DNA of 62,746 nucleotides, counting the filler, from Choristocarpus tenellus KU-1152 (Eukaryota > Protista > Phaeophyceae), in assembly GCA_964200185.2 (NCBI GenBank). It is 13 parts of 13 records of this genome, joined end to end, with 100 filler letters (N's around TTAATTAATTAA, not from the genome) between each part and the next. Parts side by side here need not be neighbours in the genome. Positions count along the whole stretch, not along the records: positions 18,028 to 27,004 come from CAXNAD020004141.1; positions 27,105 to 30,192 come from CAXNAD020022401.1; positions 30,293 to 32,999 come from CAXNAD020025447.1; positions 33,100 to 36,010 come from CAXNAD020023717.1; positions 36,111 to 42,730 come from CAXNAD020007734.1; 8 more parts are not named here. One strand, 5' to 3'. Positions 24,846-36,503 of this stretch are shown here, in pieces. The translations under genes were made by a program, and so were the position numbers. How positions within the stretch are numbered: the stretch's first letter is position 1; every line of letters starts with the position of its first letter. The notes below the pieces were generated by a model, which saw only the letters and a program-made list of their open reading frames with translations, was not told where the DNA came from and did no database searches.

Positions 24846-25105
24846 AAGTCAAGTATCTAAGAGAGTAGAACCGCGTCCGTTTGGGGACCAAAATCAAATG
24901 TTGCGATCTTGATGTAATTTTGGCTATCGTTGTTTATTAGGAAGTATCAATATCCTTGTTCCAGACACACCTTTTCACAACGTATACATTATATCTACTC
25001 CAAAAACATTTCAGAGTAGGTAAATTGTCATGAAAAAAACGCGGGAAGCCATGCCCCAAATGGACAAACAGGGCAAAACACGCACCCTCTAAGATACTTT
25101 TACTC
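24846..25105 (+). mobile_element. MITE family B, full copy
   Basis: Colinear with 2135-2393; TTC on both flanks. Confidence 0.9.
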
Positions 25106-25269
25106 TTCCTTAAACAATTGCCCCTGCACATGGCATTCACTGATTAGTCTACCTTCGAGGAGCTAAGGATTGCTATAGGTGATTTGGCAAACATGTGCTT
25201 CATTGATTGCAAAAGGAATAGGCATCTGCCAACTGCAACCTCGTTTAGTATTGGTCAACTTTGATGCAA

Positions 25270-26100
25270 CTGCAAGACTGTGAAGGCAGTTGGATTGTCA
25301 GAGAATAAGAGGAAGACCGTATGCCCTTGTGGCCCCAGTGAGCCAGCACACAAAATGCACATCAAGGCTGCAGGGCAAAGGTACAAGCACCAGCTAGTAT
25401 ACTTTGGAGGCTCAATCAGTGAGAATACTAACATCACCACAGGTATCAACTGCAGGATCCAAACAGAGTGGGGGCGCTTCATGAAGTACAGTAGAGAAAC
25501 TCTTAAAAGTATGAACTAGATTGTGGACAACGTTCTGCACATAAAACAAAACGCTTAAACAACATGATGTCATAAATCAGACGGATGGATGCAAACAACA
25601 AGTTTCAGCCCATTTCTTGCCCGTCAAGACAAGTGCAACGTAGTTCACCAATGCTTTACATATATCAATTCACGACAGGATGCACAATGTAGTGGTACAC
25701 AGCATAATTTTATGACAAACTGTTGTTGCGAGTGGAACTTCAACAAAAAGAAAGATAAAAAGGTTTATTACACAAAAAAAAAACTGGCGTACAAACATTG
25801 AGATGACTATGCAAACAGAGACTGCTGTTTGCGGGTTGAAGGTTGCAGATGGACGATGCTTACTTGCCCAATAACTTGATGTTTGGAGAACTCAAAGCTA
25901 AGAAAAAAAGGGGAAGATGGAAGGGCCAGAAAAAAGCTGAGCGTGGAATTTCCAGGAAAGCCATGAGATTCAACATACCAGTTGAAACGTGGGACTTACT
26001 AGCAGAAGACCCAAACCAATGATGTAGGTGTGTGGAGGATGGAGCCAACACTTATCAATGTTTGGCATACTAGCAAGGCCTAAGCTGACTCAGCTTGCAA
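25270..26100 (+). mobile_element. RTE-clade LINE remnant (end of RT and C-terminal region), interrupted at ~25500-25800
   Basis: GLSENKRKT..HIKAAGQRYK..LVYFGGSISEN..GINCRIQTEWGRFMKYSRE, later LMFGEL...W.LLAED...VEDGA, typical of RTE LINEs. Shares sequence with ~41300-41340. Confidence 0.8.
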
Positions 26101-29029
26101 AGTGAGAGTGGCCACAGTCACCAATCACAAGCAACACATCCTGCAGACGTTCAGGTTGGGTATAGGGTCTAGTCTAGGATACCCTTCATGGTACATATTA
26201 TTAGTTGCTGTTGGGCTATGGATCTGATTTTCTGATATGTGATCGCAAGACAATACTAGCCCCACCTTACACAAATTGTGACCCCTGGTGCTGGAGTTGA
26301 CTTTCGTTTGTATTGTTTTGTTTTGGGCGGGGTTGACTGCTGGGCCTTTCTATTCTTTGAAGTCGTAGGCAGGAAAAATCAGGCACCTTTGACAGGCAAT
26401 ATGAGATCAGGTCCTAAATTGTCAATTCTTGCAAAACCAGTGGACTCTGGAGTATGTATTTCTCAACGTGGGTAGGGCAATGATTAACCTTTGCTTAATG
26501 GGAAGGGACAGGACATCACTCCACCAAAGCGGTCAACTGCCATTTTGGTGGTCTTCTAACTGTCTAAGACTCATAGCAGGGTCATTTGTGAGCAATTACA
26601 CAACAGTATTGAAAGTATCCTAAGATGCTGGATCACTGGGTTCAGGTTGCCATAAACCTCGACATGGAAAAAACACGGGCACAGCATATCATTGCACCAG
26701 GCAGCGGAGACCAAAGCCACCACACTGTGTGTATGTGATCAGGACTCCTATCATTCTCAAGTGGACCAATGGCAGAAGATGAGTCGGCAAGGTCAATATG
26801 ACCCAATGCATGCAGAGGTGCTACATGAACCACATCGAGACGGAGATCATCAAAATGACCAGCAACCTCTACGTAGAAATGCTCAAAATCAATGTACCAC
26901 AATTGCAAGGCACAAATGCTTCAATGATAAAGGCATTATCTTTGTTCAGGACTAAAAAGAGCAAGGTCCTATACAGCAGCTCCAGTAGATGCTTGCGCTT
27001 ATGCNNNNNNNNNNNNNNNNNNNNNNNNNNNNNNNNNNNNNNNNNNNNTTAATTAATTAANNNNNNNNNNNNNNNNNNNNNNNNNNNNNNNNNNNNNNNN
27101 NNNNCCCCCCTCCCTTGCTTGAGCCAGCACTGCGGGTGCATCCTAATTCTGGTTAGCTACACTACTATAGATGCAATACTGTTTGGTTAATTAGAATTAG
27201 GTGCCTTTATCAATGATAGAAAGAAATATGATTGCTATATATATGCTACCATGAGGTAGGGATTTGCCACCTACGACATCCCTGCATGGCTCATTGATCA
27301 CTGCCATTGCTGGGATCAAGTGTAATGAGAGCGAGTCACTAGCCACCTCCATGGGTAGCATTGTTTGACCGATTATTGGCAAGTGGCTGCTGCTGTCCAT
27401 GGGTAATTTTTCATTGATATGATGTAGCAGCCTCATGTGGGGCACTGGGGGTGGTAAGGGTGGGCTTGGCCCTGTGCCGACGAGTCTTTCCCAGTGAAGC
27501 TGAAGTCTGCGTTGGAGGCAGATGTGGGGCTATCATGCTGGTCCATTCCTTACAGCAGTTTGTCTATACATACTATTTTCCTAGTGTTTTGTTTGGTACT
27601 ATTAGAATGATATTTTGCATGTATTCTTAATGCTGAGTGGGGGGTGTTGTGAGTCCCTTCTCTGCTTAATTCAATTAGATGTGTGAGATTTTGCTGAAGG
27701 AAGTATACAAGGTGAGCATACTTAATCTTCCATACTTGAGTCAATTGTGTACTGTACTTGGCCCACCCAGCATGCATTATTATTATTTTTATTATCCTGG
27801 CACACAGTATATTTTACACCAGAAGAGTGCTCCTTGATTGCTTCTGGATTTTAGAGCTGAGCAAAGTGCAAGCGTTTCCCAATTACAGATGTGATTGTGG
27901 TGCCTCAGCCCAGAGGCATCCTGATCCACTCTCCATTCATCATGTGAGCAGTGCGTATTTTGGTGAGTGGCAAAAACTTGGGTACTTCAGTGTGATCTAT
28001 CTTTTAAGATGAACGGATTGGACCAGCTCAGTCTTCATGTCTTTGGAGCCCCAACCTGAAGGCCAGCATTATTAGAATTTTGCTTGCATACCATACGCAC
28101 AACACTGGTAGGACCACAGAGTGATACACCAAACTCCCGTTTTGGCATCCTTGTGTCTTAGAAGTCCTGAATCAATTTAACAGATCAAACACCTGAAGAT
28201 CATCTTGCCTGAAGCAAGGGCAGTTCACTACTTCTACTTTTAAGGTTTTGTGCTAAAAATACCAGGAACTCAGACTCTTGGGAAATAAGAGTTTAAAAAC
28301 AGTTTTTTTTTGTGGGATGGGGCGACAGATGTTTTTGTGGTGGCACTGAAAACCTTGAGTCTCTACCAATCATCACGATGAACAAGGTCGAGCCTCTACC
28401 CCAAATAAATCCTTGTCCCTTTTTACGTTGGTGTTGTTGTGTCTGAGTGGCTTAAGGCGACAGCTACCGGCATGAATTTAGTGGTTCAAAAATCTGGTTT
28501 CGATGATGCTATCTCATGTGGGAAGCACAATGGATTGTGGATGTGTAAGAAGATACTGGTCCTGTTTGTGCTATACTACAAAAACGCCAGACCAAGGTCA
28601 AGGTGAAATATTTCAGGGTGGATCAGCAGAAGATTCAAGGGGGGAGATGGTTTAACCACGGATCGGTGGGTGTCCTGTGCCTAACACAAGATAAGCAGGG
28701 ATGGAGAGAGTACGATTAATTCGTAGTCCGACGGTACTTAGCAATGTGAGAAGTACTCCAATGTGTAGCGCCTTTGACCAGAGGTTGGGATCATCTCCTA
28801 CTCATGTGTGACAAATAGCAATTATTTAAATCATCTACCCAATTAAGTTTTTCGTAAGTTCGAGCCTCTACCAATCAATGTGGTTTTCAAGGTTGAGTCT
28901 CTATCCCATTTCCCTGCTTTCCCATTGTATGTTTTGATTAAGATAAACACGGCAACAGCACATGGTACGCGTACCTATGTGAACGAGATGACTCGAAGGC
29001 ATACTGGTGAAGTGCATCACCAGGGATGG

Positions 29030-30000
29030 CACCAGGAATCTCGGGGAGTCTGAGAAACTCCATGTCAGTGTTCAAGTGGCAAGGTGCTCAACCATAACAG
29101 GCTTTGAGTGTGGGGAGTGCATGCTTTGTTCGTCCGACCAAGTAAACAGAGGGGGGCAGCTTCCACGTTCCGTCAACACACCGAGTGAAGAATTTTGTTG
29201 GGAGATGGTTAGACATCCCTGTGCTGGCTTGTACGTCTTCCTCAAGAGACCAACCTAGTGACTTCAGGACAAGTGACATTTGAACTGGACACGAGGACTG
29301 TGGACCTCATGGTGGATTGAGATACCATCTCCATGGCTGACGATAACCATGGGAACTTGGATGGAGGTTCTAGTAAGGATTTTGATTGTGGAGTCGATTT
29401 GATGCCATGAAAGATATTACCCCATAGACACACAAAGAAGATATGAGACTCTTTCCCTTGCCATGGGCAGCATAGATCTGCCAGGCTAATCGACCAACCC
29501 ATATGCGGATGCCAAGGCATGTGATGCAATACTGACTGTACAGTCATTGGATAGAGTATTTCAAGGATAACAAGGAGGACGGCCTGAAGTGACCGTGTCC
29601 TCAGAGTGCAATGATCACATCTTTTGAAAAGAGAGGTCAAGATGCAAGTTAGGGCTAGAGAACAAGATTCAAGAGGAAAGGAACTGAGGTATCAGTGGAC
29701 CATGGAGATTCAAGTTTCTCTGGGCACTGTGGCAGAAAGATGGATCGGAAAGGACCCGCTGAATATGGCGAATCAGAATGGGCAAATGACCTATTTCGAG
29801 TGCGGAAGATGAATCGACTGCAATAGCAAATGTGATGGGACATTGCGTAATATTATCGAAGGGTTTTTTGGGGAGGTTGATATGGAAGAAGGGGCAACTA
29901 TTTGGTTTGGGGACAGCCATGGGGCCATCCAGGTAGATGCTACATCTGGTTCTACCAGAAGGACTTGCATGTGGATATGATGCTGAAGTGTACCAAGGAG
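29030..30000 (+). mobile_element. Highly degenerate Ty1/Copia pol remnant
   Basis: GECMLCSSDQVNR...TPSEEF (integrase end), ISSAEDESTAIA and GFFGEVDMEEGATIWFGDSHGAIQV..SGSTRRT (RNase H), with stops and deletions. Confidence 0.6.
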
Positions 30001-30094
30001 TAAGTAAGTCAAGGCTTGCTTAGAGTACACTTTGTACCAAACTCACACCAGCTTGCAAATATGCACCGACCAAGATATTAACAGGATCTCAGCA

Positions 30095-30192
30095 GAATTG
30101 AGGATGGAGCATACTATGGAGGATGGGTTTGACCCAAAAAGAAGTGCGGAAAGTGCCCATATGTTATTTGATAAAAGTTGCGGCACTTTTTA
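30095..30192 (+). mobile_element. MITE family D fragment at contig end
   Basis: AATTGAGGATGGAGCATACTATGGAGGATGGGTTTGACCCAAAA parallels 9876-9914 and ~10957-11000. Confidence 0.6.
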
Positions 30193-30765
30193 NNNNNNNN
30201 NNNNNNNNNNNNNNNNNNNNNNNNNNNNNNNNNNNNTTAATTAATTAANNNNNNNNNNNNNNNNNNNNNNNNNNNNNNNNNNNNNNNNNNNNGTACGTAT
30301 ACTAGAGAGGAAACTCTAACCCTAACGTCCTACCCTCCCCCTCCCCCCTCCCCCTCTCTCTCCCTCCCCTTTGCCCCACCTATTATAAATATAGAGTTGT
30401 GAGACCTGAGAAATAAAAAAATGCTTTGTTTTTTCGATGGAGTTGCTGTAGGTGGGGCTACAAAGCGCTGCAACTGACCCCACCGCCCCAGAGGGCTGAA
30501 GTTCTGTTTGAGTGTGTGAACGGCTCTTCAAGTGTCCCATGAAAACAAGGTCTGTTCCACAGGGCAGAGTGACTTCGTCATCCTCATGATCCTCATCGTG
30601 CCAAGCACGATAAATCTATTCCTAATCCATGAGTGCAGGCCCAGGAGCAGGCTTATTAGCATGTTCCCTAGTTCCACCTCACAAAACAATATAAATAATA
30701 ATAACAAAATAATAATAATACTAATACCTCCCGGTGACCCCGTGTTTGTTGTTTCTGTGTTTTAG

Positions 30766-30913
30766 CTTGATGCACAGCGAGAGCGACAGGAGGCGCAGAG
30801 GAAAAGGAACATGAGGCCACCCCCAGAAGACCAGTTTGCCCAGGAGAAACTCAGAGCAGAAATTGTCCAGCCGTACAAGCAGAATTGGATTCTCATTGTC
30901 TCGATCTTTATTG
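30766..30913 (+). CDS. Internal exon, uncharacterised probable membrane protein
   Basis: Polypyrimidine-TAG acceptor, GTAAGC donor, open frame LDAQRERQEAQRKRNMRPPPEDQFAQEKLRAEIVQPYKQNWILIVSIFI. Confidence 0.65.
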
Positions 30914-31363
30914 GTAAGCCGTAGTTTTTTGTTTTTTTTGGGGGGGGGAAGGGGGGAGGGGGGAGGGGGATTAAAACAAAAGTATATGAATTTTGACGAA
31001 TGGGACTGACTGGTTGTTACCGTTCAGATGTGTATTGACTCTCTGGTGTCATGACACGCCGCAAGCAATGAGAAACATGTTGTAGGCGCTATTGTCATAC
31101 TGTTGACTGTTGCAGTGGTGATGGTGATGGTGATGGTGATGGGCGCGTTGTTGTGGGGAGATGTGGCAGGTTTGTGTTGCTCGGTGCTCTGGTCTGTTTT
31201 TTGGAGAAAAGTGGACGGGAATGGTAAGACTTGAGTCCCAATTCTTTACTGCTCTGACCAAGGCTCACATGTTAGGGTTAAGGGTTAGGGTACTTCAAGT
31301 ATCAACTATTCAGTCGGCCACTGACGGGTTTTGATTGTTTACGGGTATCCTAGGTGATTCTCC

Positions 31364-31403
<40 letters not shown>

Positions 31404-32972
31404 ATTTGTCTGTTTTTGACTAGCGTTTATGTGTATGTTTGGTTTTATTTGTCTTATTTTTTAGTTGTAACACTGGTATGTCACATGATTCGTGATCATG
31501 AAAATTGTTCAACTTGGGCAGTATGTTGTAAGTGTTTATGGAAACGTAATGTTGTTTGACTCAAGATTACTGTATAGAACTTAAAAAGGCTGTACGTATT
31601 AACCATTATTCTTAACTTAGTTACTATATTAACTATTGGTTAACCTGAAACTCAGTTTGAAGGACTTGAATAGGGATAGGAATTTAGCGCATATTGGTAT
31701 GGACCAGGTCAGATACCTTCTTTGTGTTTCTAGGCCACAGGCACAAAGTCCGTTCTGGGAAATCCATCCCCTGTGAAACAAACTGGTGCGATAGTGACAT
31801 TTTCTTTTTTTAGAATAAAAAGTTGGTACTCCTATTATGATGACTGAAGTGAGATTTAGAAAAGGACGACGGAGGCGTTTTGGGTCAAAGATGAGAAAAG
31901 TCGGTACTGTCCCGAAAGTAAGAAAAAGTGCATCACATGGGTTGACAATGACCCTAACCTTGGTAGTGGTCCTCTTTGTGATCAATCGATATGTGTGGCA
32001 CTGCCTACCTCCAGGAATAGCGTGATGTGTAGAGAGAGTTTTATTGACATGATTGTGTTGCACGATAATTAAGAAATGGTTCCACAGAAAAGAAATGATT
32101 CCACCATGAACTGTGGTGTGGTTATGTACAGATATTAAGAAATGGTTCTGCGTAACACAAATACAATGCCACGAGCCCCAGAGTGACTCAGGGCTGTCGT
32201 TCAATGCTAGGCATTTGGCATTTGTCTTTTCCTAGAGAAATATTTTCCAGTTTAAATTAGGGAATGTATGACATCTCAGTTTTTAAACTCGGTGATACAA
32301 AATAGAAGCGTTTTTATGGGCTGGTCGTTGACCAATTCGGGAACTTCCTGCTTTTCTGCTATCTTTGGCATTGGCACCTGGTGGAGCTGAGTGGCACTAT
32401 GCATTTACCCCAAATGGTACAACAAATTCCACACATGTCATTAGCAGTTTTTTCGATTGGTCATACCGTGCAGCTGACTAGACCGAAACCCCATTTAGAA
32501 AACTGTCGAAAGACTTTCAAGTTTAGTCTTTTCAGAACCTGTCTCAGAATGGGTATTGACTATCTACATACCTGTATATCGTAATCTAGCGGCCCCCACA
32601 GGAATTTTCTGAACAGCTTACTGTTTTTTCTCGGTTACTTTTTTTTTTTTGCTCAAGAAGTGTGGCACGTGCGTCTTGATTAGGCTTGATCTGAATCCAG
32701 ACTCAAACCTGTTTCAAGCATGTGTACTTGTGGACAGTAATCAAAAGAAAATAATAACAGTGATCGACGTCTCGTGCTGAAATTTCTCGGAAAAATAATT
32801 TGTATATTTATTGGACTTACAGGTTCCGTCAGTCTGGAGGGTACTTGCTGACTATGTGGTGTTTGCATGGGCTTTAGTAGTCTTTTTGAGTTGGCACTCT
32901 GGCCTACTGTGTCTTCTGATCTATTTTTTTCTTTGCTGGTAGCTCTTATGCCCACAAATCTGGCTGCCTTTT

Positions 32973-32999
32973 GACCCAAAGTATCTGGGGGGGCGGGGG
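32973..32999 (+). mobile_element. MITE family A, left TIR at contig end
   Basis: GACCCAAAGTATCTGGGGGGG. Confidence 0.8.
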
Positions 33000-33099
33000 N
33001 NNNNNNNNNNNNNNNNNNNNNNNNNNNNNNNNNNNNNNNNNNNTTAATTAATTAANNNNNNNNNNNNNNNNNNNNNNNNNNNNNNNNNNNNNNNNNNNN

Positions 33100-33184
33100 T
33101 TGTGGGGTGCGGGGAGTTCAGCGGTGGCCTCTTCCATCCCCCAAAGGGCCAGTCGCTACCCCCCCCCCCCAGATAATTTGAGTC
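33100..33184 (+). mobile_element. MITE family A-like right end with a different core
   Basis: Poly-C AGATAATTTGAGTC. Confidence 0.6.
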
Positions 33185-33717
33185 ACTATGTATACTTTGT
33201 GCAGACAGGACCTCATAACTGTAAGATAAACACACAATTTATTACGTATTGCTCAAGCAAGGAGCACATTGACGCAGAGCACATGCAGGCATACAGCATA
33301 CAACTGGATCACATCAACTCATTCCCTTTCGCCTTTTACGAGCATGGAAGTCACAAGTTTGAATTCAGGACAGTTTTGGAAACTGTTCCTGCTTCCATGT
33401 GGCGATTCTGTCCCAACTCCCTCCAGCCGTAGTCGAGACAGCTCATTATCTCATACAGAAAAAAAAAAAAACTTGCCAGACTTCGATAGGAAAAATGTTT
33501 CTTGGGTTGGAAACGACTAATATTAATAGCTGCTTGTTTCACCTAACCAATAATGACAGGAGTACATGTTATTTCGGTCCATCTCTATCCTCACGATGGT
33601 TCGTCCAGATGCCCTACACCTTCACCGCTCAATCACTTCAAGGTGTTTCTAAGGTGTTTCTGTTGGGTTACTTCCACCGACTGGAGAATAGAACATCCTC
33701 TGCTTGAATGGCAAACA

Positions 33718-33906
33718 GACCCAAAGTATCTGGGGGGCAGGGGTGGTCTACACCAGGGTGTCCATTTGGGCCAAAACCAGGAAAAGTGCACTTACATTAT
33801 CCATCCGACATATGCAACCAAATCACCCAAAAATCGCAACATGAAAAAATTGACCCCAAATGGACAGCCGTCACACACACACAGAGAGACAAAGATACTT
33901 TCAGTC
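33718..33906 (+). mobile_element. MITE family A, full copy with the right C-tract replaced by CA/GA microsatellite
   Basis: GACCCAAAGTATCTGGGG...AGATACTTTCAGTC, AACA duplicated on both sides. Confidence 0.9.
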
Positions 33907-34844
33907 AACATCAAAAAAAATATAACTAAAATATATATTTTTTAATTCCTTCACCTCTTTCTGTTGTTCAGCCTTCCTATTCCCTCCAACGCTGTACCCA
34001 TAAAAATAAATCAAGTGGATATCACAATCCAAAGAAGTATGAAAAGAAGGCCCTTCACACCCTCCCCTTTCAATTTTCTAAGTCCCAGTACATCTCTTAC
34101 AGAGGCCAGTCGCTGATGCTCATGCTGGAGAGACCGTTATGACCTAACCCCAACCCACCTTTGCAAAAAAAGATTACCTTTATGAAGACTCTTTTAAAAG
34201 CATATTAGTGAATTGAAGCACCAGGACCCAAAGAGGTAGTTGAGGTTGTAACCAGGTTCTGCATCACTCATAGTATATCTGTGGTTCTACGACAAACGTA
34301 TATTTTTTAAGCATTAACTGGAATGTTTGGCATTCTTGGTGAAGTTTAGCATCTTTTTTTTTAATATTGTCCACCATTTTATTATAGCAACCTTGTGTAG
34401 TATCTGAGTATCTACAGCATTACAAAAAAATATATACATACTTAGTTCATATTATTGGACATCAAAAGACAAGTGTGAACCTCTGAATACATACCCACCA
34501 AATCCATCAAGGTATATAAACATTCACCATTTCTCAGTCATAAAAAAACGATTATCAGAATAGAACAAATAAGCTCTAGAGCTACTCGGAGGGACACACC
34601 ACGTTGACACCTTCTGGTAGCACAGGTAAACATACCCACACACACCTCAAACTTTCATACCAGCACTTACGTTCCCTAACTGCACCTGCGACTGCTGCTT
34701 TGTCTCCCCCTTTCCTGTGTCTGCACTCTTTGGTGCATTTCTTACACCCTAACCCTGACCCTAACCTGTGTCCATGAACACCACCGCTAATGATAAATTG
34801 GATGCGCCCTCCAAACTGGATGGAATTTGGTGTTGAGGGAATAG

Positions 34845-34964
34845 GCGCACGCAACTCAGAAGATCCGCGACACCGAAGACAACGAGCTGAGGGGTTCTAT
34901 GGGGGAGGCGTTGGCGCTGAGAGAGGAGGTCATTGCTCTTCGTCGCCGTCTGCATTCGGCAGAG
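34845..34964 (+). CDS. Internal phase-0 exon, coiled-coil-like protein
   Basis: TAG|...|GTGTGG, 120 nt, AHATQKIRDTEDNELRGSMGEALALREEVIALRRRLHSAE; GC-rich island in AT-rich context. Confidence 0.5.
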
Positions 34965-35426
34965 GTGTGGTTGTGTAAGGGTGGGCGAGAGATGATCGCA
35001 GTGATATTTTGTGTTGATGCTGTGTCGAGACCATCTCGTCTTTACCCTGAGGTTGGATTGTTAAGGTAGGAGAGTGGATCGAGTAATTATCAGACATTCT
35101 ATGTATATATATACCGTGAAGAGTCAAAACAGTGAAATAGAACTGTAGTTGGCATTCTTCCATCCCTTAGAAATTTAATCATGCAGTGTTCCTTGTGAAG
35201 CATTGGAAGAGAGTTTGGAATAGTGTTGCAAGCGGGTGTAAGAGTAGTGCATCTTGATCCATCTTGATCAGTTGTTGACGGGATTATCAATGCTGTTCTT
35301 GTTGATATCATTGTCAATACCATTTACTCCAGTGTACATATTTTCATATTTTTTCTATTTATTTCTAGTGCATTGTATTAGCAAATTGATTTTTCTATAA
35401 TATTACATTTGTTTTTTTTCTTTTTT

Positions 35427-35677
35427 GAGTGAAAGTATCTTAGAGGGTACGAGTTTTGCCCTGTTTGTCCATTTGGCGCTTGGCTTTCCAAGGGTTATTT
35501 TATGACATTTTCCTAGTCCAAAATACTTCATAGTAGGCAAAATGTATACATTATGAAAAGGTATGTCCGGAACAAGGATATTGACACTTCCTAACAAATA
35601 CGATAGTCAAAATTACATCAAAATTGCAACATTCGATTTTGGTCCTCAAATGGACGCGGCTCTACCCACTTTGGCTC
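35427..35677 (-). mobile_element. MITE family B, inverted copy
   Basis: Starts GAGTGAAAGTATCTTAGAGGGTAC, the reverse complement of the 2393 end; the other TIR is partly deleted. Confidence 0.9.
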
Positions 35678-35975
35678 TTGAATTATACTATTGCAATCTT
35701 GGCGGGACTGGAATACTATCACAACATAGAAAATATTTGGAAATACACAGGAGTATCAGGCATTTCTTTGTAGGGTAATAATTTATCTCTCAAACTTCTC
35801 CCCAAGCTACAAATGTCAATAGTGTATGTCCACGAGCATAGCTCTGCTTCCTACTAACTCTCAACACAGAAGGAAGATGGTAAATGAAGCCAAGAGCAGT
35901 GCCGTTGAATGATTGACATTGGCCCCTAGAAAACGAGAAGGCAAACTTCCTGGAGTACACAGTATCCACGAGTGG

Positions 35976-36010
35976 GACCCAAAGTATCTGGGGGGGGGGG
36001 GAGTCTACAG
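35976..36010 (+). mobile_element. MITE family A, left end at contig end
   Basis: GACCCAAAGTATCT, poly-G, AGTCTACA. Confidence 0.82.
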
Positions 36011-36459
36011 NNNNNNNNNNNNNNNNNNNNNNNNNNNNNNNNNNNNNNNNNNNNTTAATTAATTAANNNNNNNNNNNNNNNNNNNNNNNNNNNNNNNNNN
36101 NNNNNNNNNNGTTGAAAGGAAGATGGAAGGATGTAGTGATGATGATGTCACAGGGGGTTGGGGGGGGGGGTACACACCGCCATCGAAGGTGTTTACTGTG
36201 GTACAAGAGACAGCCAACCAACATCAGTGCAAATCAGTATCATGAATGAGCATTCTGAGATTCAGATGATAGGCAAAAGGGTACTACTGGGGAATATACA
36301 CCCAACAGGCTCAAATCAAAGTGCCACACATACATACGTAAGACACACATGAATTGCCAGATACATACGCACCTCTCTGCAGTATGCATGATACTTTTTC
36401 ATCACAGCAACACCTCTTTACAATACTCCTTAGCACTGTTGGTATTGTGGCTACACAAC

Positions 36460-36503
36460 ACCCTAACCCGAACCCGAACCCGAACCCGAACCCTAACCCT
36501 AAC
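36460..36503 (-). repeat. Telomere-like (TTAGGG/TTCGGG)n tract
   Basis: About seven hexamers CCCTAA/CCCGAA directly abutting RCC1 exon 5. Confidence 0.85.

Noticed and set aside
32973-33184. One MITE spanning the spacer
   Set aside because: The halves are on different contigs, the right part has a different core, and the flanks (TTT vs ACT) do not match.
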